Below, piece after piece: positions 24,193 through 38,800 of a DNA stretch of 64,000 nucleotides. Every line of letters starts with the position of its first letter. Position 1 is the stretch's first letter. The notes under the pieces were generated by a model. That model did not search any database. It saw nothing but the letters and a program-made list of their open reading frames with translations, and was not told the DNA's origin. The translations under genes and the position numbers were made by a program. This DNA is from Paraphysomonas bandaiensis (taxonomy: Eukaryota; Protista; Chrysophyceae), in assembly GCA_965644295.1 (NCBI GenBank), contig CBFFRP010000426.1, positions 248,001 to 312,000 on the forward strand. Reading direction: 5' to 3'.

Positions 24193-26246
24193 ATGAAAGA
24201 CAAGAAAATATTTCGAAGACAATCGACGAACGAAAAGCTAGCTGAGTTTCTTAACAAAACTGAAATAGTTGATGAAGAAGCTGAGGCTCTTGATCAGGAC
24301 TATAAACGAGCTCGAAATAGGATTCGAGTGACATCTTTATACGGTGCAGGGGCCCGTTTTAAAACACCGAAAACAAAGGTAACATGTTCCCTGACCTCGA
24401 ATCCTTTGTCATTTTCTTGTGCGCACAGAAAAAGAAGCAAACGACTGCATCACCGTATGAGCTGTACGGTACTTTTGAGCCAAGTGAGAATAAGTTCGAA
24501 GAATCATCATCTGTCGCACCCGGTGCTCACGAAGACCAGTTCCGTCGCATGCGTTATCCTACCGAAAAGTCAATGAATGACCCTGACCGCGTCTTCTACA
24601 CGACTACTTCTATGACAGAGGGTATTCGATTTCATCCTCAGCCTCCATGGTACTATGGGTACCAAAATAAGACCAAACCGACTGATACAAGTCCCGTGAT
24701 GTCAGCGGCACGTTATGGTTACAGAGGTTCGAGGGATATTGCACAGTATCACACAGAGCCTGTAGTTTCAGCAGAGTATACCAAGAACGAGCACACTCCG
24801 GATTTTTTAGCGTGTACCCAAGCTGTCGATGATGAATGGGCTCCACCTATTCATGGTTCTCCCCTCAATAAAGGATATGCATTAACAAGTCCAAAGCTGT
24901 GGCCGGAGAACACAGAGTATGTCACAGGTTATCGTAAAGGGTCGGCCCCATCCTCACCATTATATGTGCGTGAGACAACTGTGGCTGCCACCCAGCGACC
25001 TTACACATCCCCTTCCGTGGCGAAAGTTAAATTGAACACAACTGCGGAGTTTTCTCTCCTTCGACAGAATTCGAAGTTGGAGAGTAGAGGATTATTGGAA
25101 TCTAGGCCTATGACTCAGCAATCCTTATTCTCGTCGACGTGGAAAGATAAACTTAGCAAGAATGCCAATGCTACTCTCCGGCAGACTATGCGCAAAGAAC
25201 CCCCACCTTATGAGGCACACACGTTAATGGATCCCACAGACACAATGCGTTACTCGGGAGGAACTGCTATGATCGTTCATTCGAGCTCTTCAGAGGAGTT
25301 GAAGTTTAAGATGCATATGGAGATGTATCGCACCACAATTCCGTTTGAGTTGAGATGGAGACAGGTTATATCACTCTTTAGAACCATGAAGTCCCGTTTG
25401 AAGCGGGATCAAAGCACTGATCAGGTTATCCTTGAATTCGCAGAGACATTGAGAAAAGAGGCATTCAGTCACGGGCAGAAAGCGGCTCTACTGCGTGCAC
25501 AGTTTATCAAGGCTATGTCTTCTACTGAAATATTTGAACATCTTCTCCCGAAGCAAATGAGTTTACTTTTTTCTGTGTTTGACCCTTTAAAGAAAAGTAT
25601 TATATTATTTGTAGATGTCATTGCAGCGTTCACTGTACTTGACCATCCTCAGAAATACCGTGACGATAACACCGCATTAATAATTGACCTCTGGCGTCTA
25701 TATGACTACTATGGAGACGACATGCAGCCTGTAGTTGTCGCAGAGTCGGTACTGACGACCTGCTGCGGATCTGATGAAGATCACAAGGAAATTAAGCGTT
25801 TATTTAAAGATGTTTTTCGTCCAGCGTTATATCGATTGGCCATCAAACACGACCCGATATACCAAACCCCTCAAGCCCGTATTGAAGCTGAGAAACAACT
25901 GCATGCGTCGAATTCAGCGCCTTTGTTGAGTCCTAATAGCGGTAAGGCAACCAACAGCCGACCGCCAATGAAATCGAATCCCCTTAATGATGTTGTCAAG
26001 AACAAGAAGAAGCATTTGGTTGTGCGTCCTGTGTACAATATTTACGACGCCCAGTTCGACTTGAACATGTTTTCTCGGCTTCTGGAGGAATGTCCTGAGG
26101 TTGTTGAAGCTTTTAATCGACAGCTTACACAAAGGCTGATTCAGTGTTATGGTAAAGACCCGAGAGACGCATCCGAGGAAGTTGCCGATCAAACAACCAC
26201 CACTGACAAGGACTTTTCATGGATCCTGAAAGGAAAGAAGCGATAG
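24193..26246 (+). CDS. Hypothetical ~660-aa protein with a possible EF-hand-like/recoverin-like C-terminal region
   Basis: Short exon 24193-24378, intron gtaac..cacag, then a long ORF to 26246. LLFSVFDPLKKSII and LWRLYDYYGD resemble degenerate EF-hand entries. Confidence 0.7.
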
Positions 26247-27080
26247 ATCGCTAGATTATACGTGACCTGTCAACAGTGAATTAGATTGGTATCATAAACA
26301 ATTGTTGCTGTCTGTATTACGATTGTTTGACAAATATGTATTTTGGTTACCTTGAACCCCGATTTTATGTACACTTCCGATTGGTAAGATATATATAACT
26401 ATGTGTTGTAATATGCTGATGTGGTAATAATATATAGTTGATGTATCATTTGTGTTGTGCGTGATACTTAAGGGCCACAATGGCCCTTAGATTGGCTCAT
26501 GGCTTACGTAGGACTTGTAGAATAGAAAAGTTAAATCTTGCAAAGTAGGTAAAAAACGTTACGCAATCGTAATCAAAGTGGATGTGAAATCGTAATGAGG
26601 TGAGTCAATATATATAAGTTTAACGACAGGCCGGGGTAATATCATCATAACCTCGTAAAATATATATTACCTGGTGACTATTTGGAGGATTGTATGTGTA
26701 GAGATACTTAAACAGCTAATAACTTATAATTTCTAAGTTTTCTCAAGCATAATTGACTCAGTTAAACCGCCACAGTTATATGTTAATAAATACACACATA
26801 TATAGAAAATAACTGCTAAGGTTATATTTGTACGATACCACATTTACCACGACGATGTTTACCGGTTAAAAGGACTCGCTCATTGATCTACCTGTTCCAT
26901 TATATAATCAGTAATATAAGAATGTCTGATTATTACATGAGAACGGTTGTGTTTAGAAACTAGTTCTACAACTATTATATAATCTATAAAATCTCCTGTA
27001 CTGTGTTTTGGTACGCGTCATCATACATAATAAGCACACATTGTTACAATAATATAACATATATATATATATTGGTGATA

Positions 27081-27315
27081 CCCTGAAGTCAGCAGATGTC
27101 AGGTATATCAACATTTTGCTTGCTCACTGCGTTTGCTTTGAGCGATAGAGCAAGAGAAGTTGCACCTTGGTGCTTGCAGTGACGCACAAGCAGCTTTCGT
27201 TGCGCCAAAAAGTAGGATATCAGTGTTAAGCACTAGTTAGTTAAAATTGTTTTGCTACATTAGTTCTGACTGTTTTACACGCCTATTGCTTGCTAATATT
27301 AAGACATGCACCACC
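27081..27315 (+). repeat. Interspersed repeat copy 3 (3' half only; subfamily B)
   Basis: CCTGAAGTCAGCAGATGTCAGGTATATCAAC...GTGACGCACAAGCAGCTTTCG...TTGCTACATTAGTTCTGAC matches copy 2. Confidence 0.88.
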
Positions 27316-27435
27316 CATCCCCTTGTGTGATACAGAAACTTCTTTGAAAAAACTGCCGATACCCTGATGTCATGCCATATGTCTTCTGTCGTTGTATCTG
27401 CTGCCGTCGTGTTGTTGGTTGTTGTATATCTTAGT

Positions 27436-27900
27436 GTAGTGAAGGTCTAGTAGTGAAAATTTGATCCTTACCAGTAGACGTGTAACAGTCAGACCGAATG
27501 TAGCAAAAGAATTTTAAATAACCAGTGTTTAACTGATATCCTACTATTTGGCGCTACGAAAGCTGCTTGTGCGTCACTGCAAGCACCAAGGTGCAACCAT
27601 TTTCGCTCTCTGTCCTTAAGAGATGAACAGCCCGGATCATGCTTGACTTCAGTAGGCAGCCCAATACCCCTGATACCCTTGAGGTAGGACCCAGATGCCT
27701 GCTGTCTATATTCGTCTACACAAGAGACACATATTAGTGTCCTTTGTACCACACAAGCATTTGGCTATGCGTGTGTAGAACAATGTCTTCTGAGTCAGTG
27801 CTGACTATATATGCGGCTTACGTTAGTTTCCTGGAGAAATAACACCGGTACTTATCCCCCATAACACCACGAAAAGGTGCAAGTCCGACTTTGTTGAGTG
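27436..27900 (-). repeat. Interspersed repeat copy 4 (near full length, subfamily A), flanked by the 9-bp direct repeat TATCTTAGT
   Basis: Reverse complement begins CACTCAACAAAGTCGGAC (copy 1: CCCTCAACAAAGTCGGAC) and ends TTCACTAC. TATCTTAGT occurs at 27427-27435 and 27901-27909. Confidence 0.9.
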
Positions 27901-28799
27901 TATCTTAGTAATAAAACCTGTTAAATTACATAGTATAACCGACACCTGTTCATAATAACTGCAAATGTTGTTGAGGAAGTACTATCCTACACTTCTGTGT
28001 TTCAACCTCCGAATCACTTTCTGTTGGCTCTGAAGAATTAGATTGGTGTAAATTGGTCGAACCTGGCAAATTTTTAACCTTCCTCCCTCCTCATAGCTGC
28101 ACCCCTTGCTTCTCGTTCAATATACGGTGTGCTTCGCGTACCTCATGTGAATTCACCGGACTCTTGAATTACTAATTGCTGTAAATATTCGCCGCAGCAC
28201 ATAACAGTGAAGTTATCGTCACATTACCCTTTGAGAAGACGTGCTGCAGAGTATAACTGTAGAACTATTTAAATCGTTTTGTAAGATAAATAAAATGACG
28301 CCGCAATAAGTACTAGAAACGGAAATATTATATAGATATGCATAGTCTATATATAGTAACATAGTAACAATATAATGAATTTTATGGTCTTTTTCAACTG
28401 AGAATTCTATGTGTACATCATTAATGTAACTAGAATACGATTTCAAACCATACACAAAAACAACAAAATATGGTATTAAAGTAAATCCAATAGCCTATAG
28501 ATTACTCATATATACAGAACACTGTAAATAAAAGTCTAATGAAAGTATGAAGTAAATTGGCAAAAGTGTGTATAAATTGTCGCAACTTCGTTGAAATCGA
28601 CAGGAATTAAACTTCCCTTAACAAGATAAAACTATTTTATGATAAGGTCATACATATAATTAGGTTGTGTATCAATACTTAGTAGCACTGTTAAGTGCTC
28701 TGTGCGTGCATTAGAACACCATACCGTTCAGTAGAAAGACAAAGCTATGTAAATGTTCAGTTCGTAAAACGGACTCACGCATGGATGAATGAGAGTTGT

Positions 28800-31700
28800 T
28801 TATATTAAAAATAATAAGTGTATGCCATATAAATATGTTGTGCAATATAGACAGGACGACAATGAACGATAAAATCCTGGTACAATCTAAGAAATTGGAC
28901 ATGAAATAATAGAAAAAAGCGTTTTCATATTGTACAGTCTTCAATTGCTACTCACAGAGGTAGTGTCATCTGCGCTTTTACTTAGCGTGTCATCTTCACT
29001 AATGCGAACTGGCTTTCTGTACAAATCAGGTACCTGGAGCTCATCTTAATAACACACGTATGTTAAGCCCAAAACAAAAATAGAAGCTATACACACCTGT
29101 TTTAACAGAGTGTCTCAAATTAGGAAGGTTTCCAGCTAGCCTTCCAGATAAGAGAGTCATCACTTCCAGACCAACAGAATTGTCGCTCATGCAAAGGACC
29201 AACACAGACTTATTGACAATTAAACTGTCAACAATGTACATTCCTCCTGTGTTATATAATTTAATTACCTCAGACATGCTATGATTCATTCTATAATGCA
29301 AGCATTTCAATATATATGTCACAAATGAGCTTACCAATTGGACCGATATTGTTACTTCTAAGATTCAAATGGGAAAGAATTCGATTTACCGATAGGGCCT
29401 GCGTATGGGTCACCACAACCGTGTGAGCGATAAGAATGGCATACATTAGCTATATCTTCTGCTCCTTTCGCACCCAACATGTTAAATGATAAGTCCAATT
29501 CTTTTATGTGGTCGTCTTGAGCGAGCATTCTACAGACCAATTAAAACGATTACCATACTTTAATTTCAACTGTATATTCTCATATACTCACTGTCCAACC
29601 AATTGGGATGTAGTGTGGTTAATTTTACAGCCTGCGAGGCGAACTTTCTGAAGTGACCGAGTTCCCAGAATACCCTCTGTTAGTGTTTTCAGCGCACGAA
29701 AGTCCATGGTATTAAAACTTAGATCCAAACTACGTAGATTGGGCCAACACTTGGTGGGCAACTTTCTACCAATTGCTTCCACCTGCGTTGAACTTTCAGT
29801 AGCAGATATCAAACAAGAAAACAAAGTGAACATATTGAATATACAATCAAGTCACAATGCGCTCAAAATTTTACCGCAGCGGATTCCATTTTGTTAGTCG
29901 AGAGGCGAAGTGTGGTCAATGCTTTATTAGCACCTGCCAAATATCTTACAATGACTTCAAAGAGAATACTCCCACTATAAATACCTTGCATATATAAAAA
30001 TGCCTCCATATCTGCATGCTTCATGCGTACACCGTCGTGAATGATAACCTGAATAAAATTCAGAAAAATACTATACGATATCAAAGTGCTATTATAAGGT
30101 TCATACCTCAGATAGCTGGAACGCAATATCTCGTCCTGCGGCCTTGTACTCATCAGAAATATTCCCAAGAGTATTCATATAAGATTCTCCAATGAATGGC
30201 TTCAAGTGATCACTGGCACGACGTTGGAGCAATGCAGGGGGATATATGTCTTGACGATGTATTAAAGCGTAGGCAATCTGGTCCAGACAAACTGCTCAAA
30301 AATTAATCCATCTTTAGTGCATTACAAGATACGTACGCTTTGTGAGTGGAAGGGGGTTGTAAACAACTCCAGCGTTCTCGAACAGGTCTTTTTCGTGTTC
30401 ATACACCTACACACATTTCACTACAAATCATCTGCTATCCACAAACTCCGTACTGGTGGAGGGGGTTTCTCGTGTGTCATCAAAGCATCTCTAAAATTCC
30501 CCTATAATATACAATATTAATGCCGCAAATTTTCCTCGTAACGTTATGATAAGTATATGTAGAATAAACTCTGAGCACAGCAACTACACCTTTTGAATTG
30601 TTCCATTTGGGCGAGTGAGAACACCAGGTCCGTCTCGTCGACCAAATCTAAATCTTCCTGAAGAGGAGTCAGCAACGCAGAGATACACAGCCAAATATAT
30701 TTCGTTCCAGCTCAGTAAATGATGAAAAGGTGAGTACTATTAATTTTATATTAATACCTTCAAATGAGCTGCCATCAGTGTAAGTGCGGGTTCCGTGACC
30801 ATGTTCAAACCCGTTTGCGTACTGGCCAGTATAGACTGCATCATGACAGTTAGAAATAATACTCAAGGCCATATAGAATAAAATAAAAACTGTACAATTA
30901 TTTATTATACCACAGCAATAAGGTATGCTGCGATACGCATATACCTGTTTCGTCGGCATATATTTGCCTTCCAAACCCATGCTTTCGTCCTTGCAACCAT
31001 TGCCCCTCATATTGAGACCCATCAGGCCTAATCCACGTTCCCTTCTTATCTGTTTTTTGAAATCCATTCACCCATGGCCCGTAATATACAGTTCCATCAG
31101 AATAAAATTTAATTCCTATACCGTGCGGTAATTTCTGATAATAAGCAGAGAATATGTATAAGAGAAACTATCTTAAATAATCCGCAGGATACATCATCAC
31201 ACAAATGCTCATGCGCAACCACCAATACCTCATTGTCCACATGTCCAAAGTACTCGTCAAAAGCATCACCCAGACCCCAGCTTACATATACTCCTAAAAT
31301 CAGATTTTATGATTTAGCCTATAAAAATCCAGTATCTCTATAATGTATACAACCACACACAGCACGAAATAATAGCAACAGAAATTTAGCACGTCCCACA
31401 GTGTTTTCACATGTACAAAGTGTATTTTGCATTAAACGTCGCAATAGCGTACCGCTCTCAATTTCGTATTCTTTGGCCTTATCCTTAACAAACAGATATC
31501 TTGAGATATCTCTCCTAGAAAATTCAAAGAATTTAGCAGGTTAGGGCAAATTTGGGGGTGATAGTATATGTTCAGGCTTGTTCATGCCTACCACCACACA
31601 CAGCGAGGCGTGTACAGTGGTGTGTACATTACATTTATATGATATACATCCCAATTAAAATTACATTCCGCACAATAACAAAATGGGATCCGTAAAGTCA

Positions 31701-32276
31701 TATTTACCTCTTCTTTGCCTCTCGTAATACTTCCATTTTCGCAATTTCAGCTCGTCGTTGAATCAACCTGTCCTTATCGGGATCCAGTGCTCGATTCTTA
31801 AGATTCGAATAAAAATTCTTTGGGGCATCTATATTGCATTCCCATATACGGTCCCCGTTTCCACGTAACTGTGTCACTCCAGCAGTTCGAATCATGCATT
31901 CATCGCACATGTTGAAACTGAACGCCTCATGCCCTCGTCCACGGCAAAGAACGACGGGACTACAGAGTTTACGACACCGTAGACACGATCCTAATAATAT
32001 ATAAAATACATTTATGGTTCCATATTAATTAAACTCTAATCACTCACCTCTGAAATAGTATAATCTGTCACCATTCTCGAATAGCTGATGTTTAAATCCT
32101 TCAGGTTCTTGTCGTGTTTTCTTATAAACAATTATTATAATTACAATACAATGAATTAATACTTTAATTTATCATACTTTTCCTTTACTACTAAGATAAA
32201 AATAGTTTCTGGATGTACCATCATCTACACATATCCATGTTTCTTCTTCCTTGTCTTTGCTAGATACAAGCGACAT
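28800..32276 (-). CDS. Multi-exon protein with Cys-rich N-terminus, MORN repeats and ribonuclease-inhibitor-type LRRs; 3' end uncertain
   Basis: MORN-type exons GIKFYSDGTVYYGPWVNG, PDGSQYEGQWLQGRKHGFG and YTGQYANGFEHGHGTRTYTDGSSFEG. LRR exons LTTLRLSTN, LRSLDLSFN, IKELDLSFNMLGAKG and LCMSDNSVG. Confidence 0.8.
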
Positions 32277-32819
32277 TGTTGTGTCCCTATTAATACAATA
32301 GAGATTCCTCTCTACTATAACAATGTATAGCTTGTATTGTGATCTATTCTATTGAGGAAGAATGTAATGTTCTTGTTACAATCTCCTCATCATAGCCATC
32401 ATCAGTCCTCTAGGCTATAGCAAACCCCCCTATATGTACAGCAGTGTACATGTCTATATATAGAGATAGATATGCTGCTGTATGGTGTACTGCACTGCTG
32501 TAGACTGCTGTATATACTTCTATGTCCACTGTAACGATAAATTATCCATCACGAGCAGCAGCATAGACAGAAAACTTCTTATGGTATGATGAGTGTATTA
32601 TACTGCTGTACGGAAGGTGTATAGCTGTATGCGGTATGGATCTGTGTGATTGATTCATATATACATACATATGAGAGAGCCCATAGAGACTATAGAGCCA
32701 ACACAGACATAATCATTAAACACAAGCAATGCTTGTTCATATAATCTATTTGACTTAAAAACCATGAGGATGTGTTGGGTTGTTGTTTGGTTGTGGGTTT
32801 AGAAGTAAATCGGTAGGAA

Positions 32820-35800
32820 ATGTCTAGTTTTTGGAGAAGGGTTGTACCGAGCTTTAGACGTAATAAGGTACAATGTATATGCTTTAATATTCAATAATTG
32901 TGACATGAATTTGATTAGGAGGTGAATGGTAATGTGTCTAGGGTGAATAGTGAAGATTTTACGAACATTGAACCCATAGTTCCTGATATTAGTGGTGAGG
33001 TGCAACCTGAATTAGAGTGTAGTTTTAGGTATGTTGTATCGATACAGTTCGAGTTTATGTATTGATAGCGATCGCATGTAGTGAGGATGAGGAAGGAAAG
33101 TTACTTTCAAAGCTTTGGAGTGAGTATATATCCACGTATGATTGTATGGAATCTGGAGAACGATATGCCACGGAGGTGAGTCCTACACGTGTAGCACGCC
33201 GTTAACATGTTATATACATGCTTTCATATTCAGTATCATGATTCTGTATTAGTTGATGTGTGTTTCTTCATATTTTTAATGGACTCTTTCATTTTCATTT
33301 TTCATAGGTTCGCCACGATGCTTTCAATCGATTTGCAAGGCAATTCATATTTTCGTATTCCGATGTTGCTGATGTATTGGAAAAGCGAGTCGAATTATCA
33401 AACACCTCAAAGGATGCCGTTAAAGAATGCCAGGGTATTGATTGTACTGTTGGACACCCTACGGAGGTGATTGTTCAGATTGCGAGTATGTTGACAGAGT
33501 ATTTAGATGTGGGGGAGGTCAAACCCAGTACAGCAGCTACCGGAGAAAGTTTGGAACTGGAAAATGGGTTTTTGAATATCTCAGTCAAAAGAGTGTTTGC
33601 AGAGAATAGCTGTCGACCAAGTGTTGTAGATGAAGAACAGAGAGGAGTCTCCTCGGACGTCGATTCCGCAAAGAAGACAAGTGCTGCCCGTCTCACCTTG
33701 CTACATATTCTTCACAGTCTAGCCATCGCCATGCATTGGCAGCACAACCGCATTGTTGTATCCAATCGACTGGGTTTAAGCTTTGCACAAGAGGTAGTTG
33801 GTATTCTTCAGTTTTTCTCTGAAAAAATAGATGATGCCATTGCGTCTTGGACTGCTGCCCGTGATCGTGCTCATCATAACAGGGGTTATTTCCCTTCCGA
33901 TTTGCTGGAAGACATGGAGTTCATATCCAGTGCCGTACTCGCAGTGGTTCACATCATTGCCTGCAGCTTTCCGACAATGATGCAGGTTTCAGAGTATACG
34001 ACTACTGGTTTTCTTCCTCCTCACCCTTGGACAGAATCTGCGCTGAAAGCAATGGGGGTTTTCGTGCCAGGCTGTACGAATAGTAGTGGTAGAGATATAG
34101 ATGAGGGCCAATGCAATACAGTTCAAAATCCCGAAGGCGGAAAAAATACAGTGGTCACGAGTGGTGAAGTAGTAAAAGAGATAGTAACAGCCAACAGCAA
34201 CTCCGACCGTGAATATAAGACCGATGGCATGGCGAACAGAGTATCGAATTCAACCAGAACTTGTGCCTTTGACGCAAGAGGCCAACGAAAATCAGACTCG
34301 AAGCCAGATAATGCCCTCGCGAACCCCTCATTTTGTCCAGCAATGCGACCCATAACGGTCCCTCCGAATGGAGATACTTGGTCGGGAATGCTACTGACTG
34401 CCGGGTCAGACTCTGTGCTACTCTCTCTTCTGCGTAAGGTCGTTGCACTAAGTCGAATTATGGCGGTGTCTGTCAACAGCGCAGATAGTAAGGATAGTGG
34501 AAAATCGGAATGGAATGAGACGCCTATGGATGGATGGGTGGAGTCTACACTGCTCCCATGGAAGTCATGCGCAATTCTGCAGAATGAAATATTGTTTGCT
34601 CTACTTGCGATAAACACGTCACATCCTGACGTTTCAAGTAACCGGTTTATGATATTCAATGGTGCTCAAACACTAAATATGTTACTGCTTGAGTCTAGCA
34701 ACATATACACTGGTAAAGATCGCATTGCTATAGATTTAGTGTATGAAAGAGGCATATTATGTCTTCGTTTGAATGAGTTGTTAAATCAGTACTTTTCGGT
34801 ACATAATGAAAGCAAAGCAATCTCATTTGTCGTTGGAGATTCTAGTCAGTATACAGCCCTTATCACAGAATCTTTGGGGTGGTTTCTATCTTGGGTAAGA
34901 GCGTCCTATCGTTATGAAGAAGAGTACGAGGAAGAATATTACTCGAAACTAATTGGTGGGGAAAGTGTGTCCTATTCTCTTTTTGACGATAACGTTGTTG
35001 TTGGATCTGTTCACTCACCTGATATATGTGTTGATCCTCTTCAAAATTCGGACCTTTGGCCGTGGCAACAACAGTGCCGCAGTGAAATGTCTTCCATTTT
35101 TAAGGGCGGTGAAAGATCGATAGGCTTAAATTCTCAACCAACGCGTTCGCACTATCGATTATGCCACTCATGGTGTGAGATAGATACAGACAAGAGCTCT
35201 TCTAAAAGCACCGATCAATCTTTTCCCAATGTGCTTGAAAAATGGTCTGCTTATATTGAGCAAATGGTCATTATGGGTGAAAAGAATGATGCTTCGTTGC
35301 CAGCAGCATTACCATGGTTCCTGCGGGGAAGGGCGGCTCGCGCATGGCAGGTTGTGTTCAGTATTCTTGCCAATACTTGTCTCGCAAAAAGTCAATTTCG
35401 GACGAATGACGTCCAGTCAAAGCGAAATCATGTTATATCCAACTTGACGATGGTGTGGGACTCTGTGTTAATGACACTGGATGAAGAAATTGATGCTATG
35501 TCAACCAGATTACATCCCAACCATGCTCAAATTGTGGATGACGTTGTACCCATGTTGGAAATGCATTTCTTACTGTTTCTTGGGAGATGTATACAGAATG
35601 AAGCTGTCTTCACTTTAGATGAATACTCCCAAGAGTCAGGTATGTGGTCCAGTTTATTTTCGAAAAAGTTTTTTCTTGGTGGCCGGGAGGCTATTAGTAA
35701 GCTACTGCAGAGGAATCTTACTCAATCAATGGACTGTGATGAACGACAGGAAAAAGACATTATTGCCGAAAAGAATGTATCTGACAACCCAAATACGTAT

Positions 35801-38800
35801 TTAGTGCCTCTATTGCGCTGTCGTTCGAGTGAAGTTGAAGTAACTGCGGAGGCTGTGCGGGAGAACAAGGAAAGGATCATTGGGTATTCTTGGATATACC
35901 TCCATGATTGTGTATTAGATATCATTTCGATGATCGCAAGTACAATGAATCAGTTGCAATCAGATGAAGTTGTAAGTGAAAGTCGTAGTGTCGATGTAAA
36001 GCATATAGTATCCGTACTACAAATAGCGTGTGAGAGTGGATATGATGATGTGTCATTTCAAGTCCTACGATGGATGAAGTGGTATTTGGATACACTGAAG
36101 CCTCGGTGTACGTCTGTCCGCAATTCTTTCAGTAGTCAATTTTTTCGATCTGCATTCGCAGTATGTGGATATCATCTTGGTGATGCCAACGTAAGTACAA
36201 TTTTGTATAACGATAGGATGGATGACCCGATGGATAAAGTACAGACAAGCCGCCCATTCATGTGGCCTGCTCGACGGGCGGCTATTGAGTTGATAACTTA
36301 CGTGCAAAGTATGCCGGGGTGTGACCGTTGGATGAAAGTATTTGCGGAAGCGAAAGTTAAAACTCCTGTTCCGAATAACAAAGTCTCTGATATTTTGTCA
36401 CCTGCAACAATGCAGCATAAAGCCGCCACTGCCAAACATGGTAAATCGCCGGCCCATGTTACACTGATACTACTATTTGTCGACAGTCGCCTGAGGGGCG
36501 CTCTATGTCATATTTTGATTAAAGTGCTTACCAATATTGTGGCAATATCGTTAAGTGAACATAATTCTATAGACGACACATGCTTGGAGCAAAGCCAGTC
36601 TAACCGCACTGCCACTATCCCAGAAACTGGCACGTCTAGCAAGAATTACCAAAAAAATATGTCCATTGTTCATCGTGTGAGAGCAAATATTCACCGAAGC
36701 AACTCCGAGGATAATTCCAATGTGCGGTTGTACGATTCTTGTATCAGCAATATTTTTTTGGATTTGATTGAGTTAGTGAAATGGTCTTCCAGTCAGCCGC
36801 GTTGGTATGATGGAGCTGCAGTATCTTGCACAATTTTGAGCTATATTACTCAATTTCTCAGGTCGTATAGGGATTGTACAGCAGAGATGAAATATACCCA
36901 ACAGTGGCTACATAAGACCTCTATTATATCAGAAATGGTATCTAGTCTCATTTCGTGTATTAATTTTTCCTTGGGTGCGGATTGGTCACAAGACAATAGA
37001 TTAGCGCTTGTCCATCAAGGGTTTGCATGTTTAACTGCAGCGATGGCTGGGAACCCGAAAAACAAGTCTGAATTTAAGAGTGTTATGATGACGCGTAGAT
37101 CAGGCAAAGCGCCTATTATATCCACGCCACCTACCCAAAGCAAGAATTCTCAGAAATCAAGAACAGTCTCAAGCTCATCGATTAACGATATCAATTCTAT
37201 CGTACTGATGTATGATGATATAGTTGATATGATACTTCATGCTAGCCCTGAGCCGTTGGTTGAAACAGTACTTGTCCTGTTTGACATGACTTTAGATGGT
37301 CAGCTTGCCAATTTTAGAGATATAGTGTCGGCGTCATCTGTGGGTATAGATCAGATATCATGTGGAATTTTTGCCAATAAATTCGACCGACCTCAGATAT
37401 GTAATTTGAATTCGATACCTATAATCTTTGGAATAATATCGTATTGTTCTGGTGAAATACAGCAGTGTATTTTGAATTCGTTTCACCAATTAGTGGCGGG
37501 AAGGGCTTCGATGGTAAATATCTCGAACTGTTCTCAAATGCGACCTTCTTTGCTGGATTTGGTTCTTGACCATTTTCCAGAAATTGAGGAATCCGCTCAG
37601 TGTGCAGCTGTTACACTTCTGCAGACTCTAGGGAGGCACAGTATATCAGTAGCACAACTCAAGCGGATGTTCCAAATGATGCGAAGTGACGGTGACTATC
37701 GCCCAGTGTATACGACACACTTATTGCGAGGGCTTCAGGGCATGATTGATGATGACGAATCCCCCCGCCATTCATTTGTTTTTGGTGGTGTGAATAGTGG
37801 TTTAGAGCTACCTACCATTCCTCGGTGGCCTGCGCAATCAGCGTATACTGTTAGTTTATGGCTACGTGTTGAGTCTCCTCATAACGATTCGGACACTGCT
37901 GTAAAAAATGTTTCATATGAGTATCGACCATGTGTCCTCTGCTTGAGATGCAATAATGGGAATGGCGTTGAGATATATCTTAAACGAAGTGGTACATCCA
38001 GTACTAAGTTTAGAATCCTCATTCGATGTCATGGCCCTGGTAATATTGATACTTTTCAAGTCCCCGGTATTTATGTAATTGAGGGTCGTTGGCATTACTT
38101 TGCGCTTAGCCATCGGTCATCTGGTTTTCGCAGTAGTAGTGAAGCTGAAGTATTGCTTGACGATCATTTTGTGAGACACAAGATGTCGTTTCCTCGTTTT
38201 ACAGAATCAATAGAAACTCCACTCTTTGGAGACTGCGTTTCAAAGTTTCGTGAGGCAAGTAATGTGAACACCACTATGCGAGGCCAAATGAGTGCTATAT
38301 ATGTGTTCAGTGATGCCTTGACGGAGGGTCAATTACGAGGTATATATGGATTGGGACCAAGCTATTTTTATGCATTTGAGCCTTACAGCACAGTACACAG
38401 AGATTTACCCACGCCGTCCTCAAGTAAAAAGCAAGCCGTAGACCCAGTGCTTAGCGTACTGGATGGCTCACTTACACATCTCATTGCTCTTGCTTATAAC
38501 CCAGCCGTGTGGAAAGGAGATTTATTTCTAGACAATACACCCGAGAAAAATCAAATCAAATGGAAACCAGCCACTGTTCTTTCAACAGGTGATACCATGG
38601 CTCAGTATGGAGAGCCCAGTTCACAAACAGAAGTGCCAGAAATAGAAGACAAATTAAACTGTGCGTATCATTTAGCGGGGAAAATGCATGCTCGCGGCCT
38701 ACCCGGCACCTATCGGAGCACGATTAGCGACGTCCGCATTGCACTCAATTCTCTAGGCGGTATAAGTGTGCTGCTGCCGTTATTCACTCAATGCGACCAA

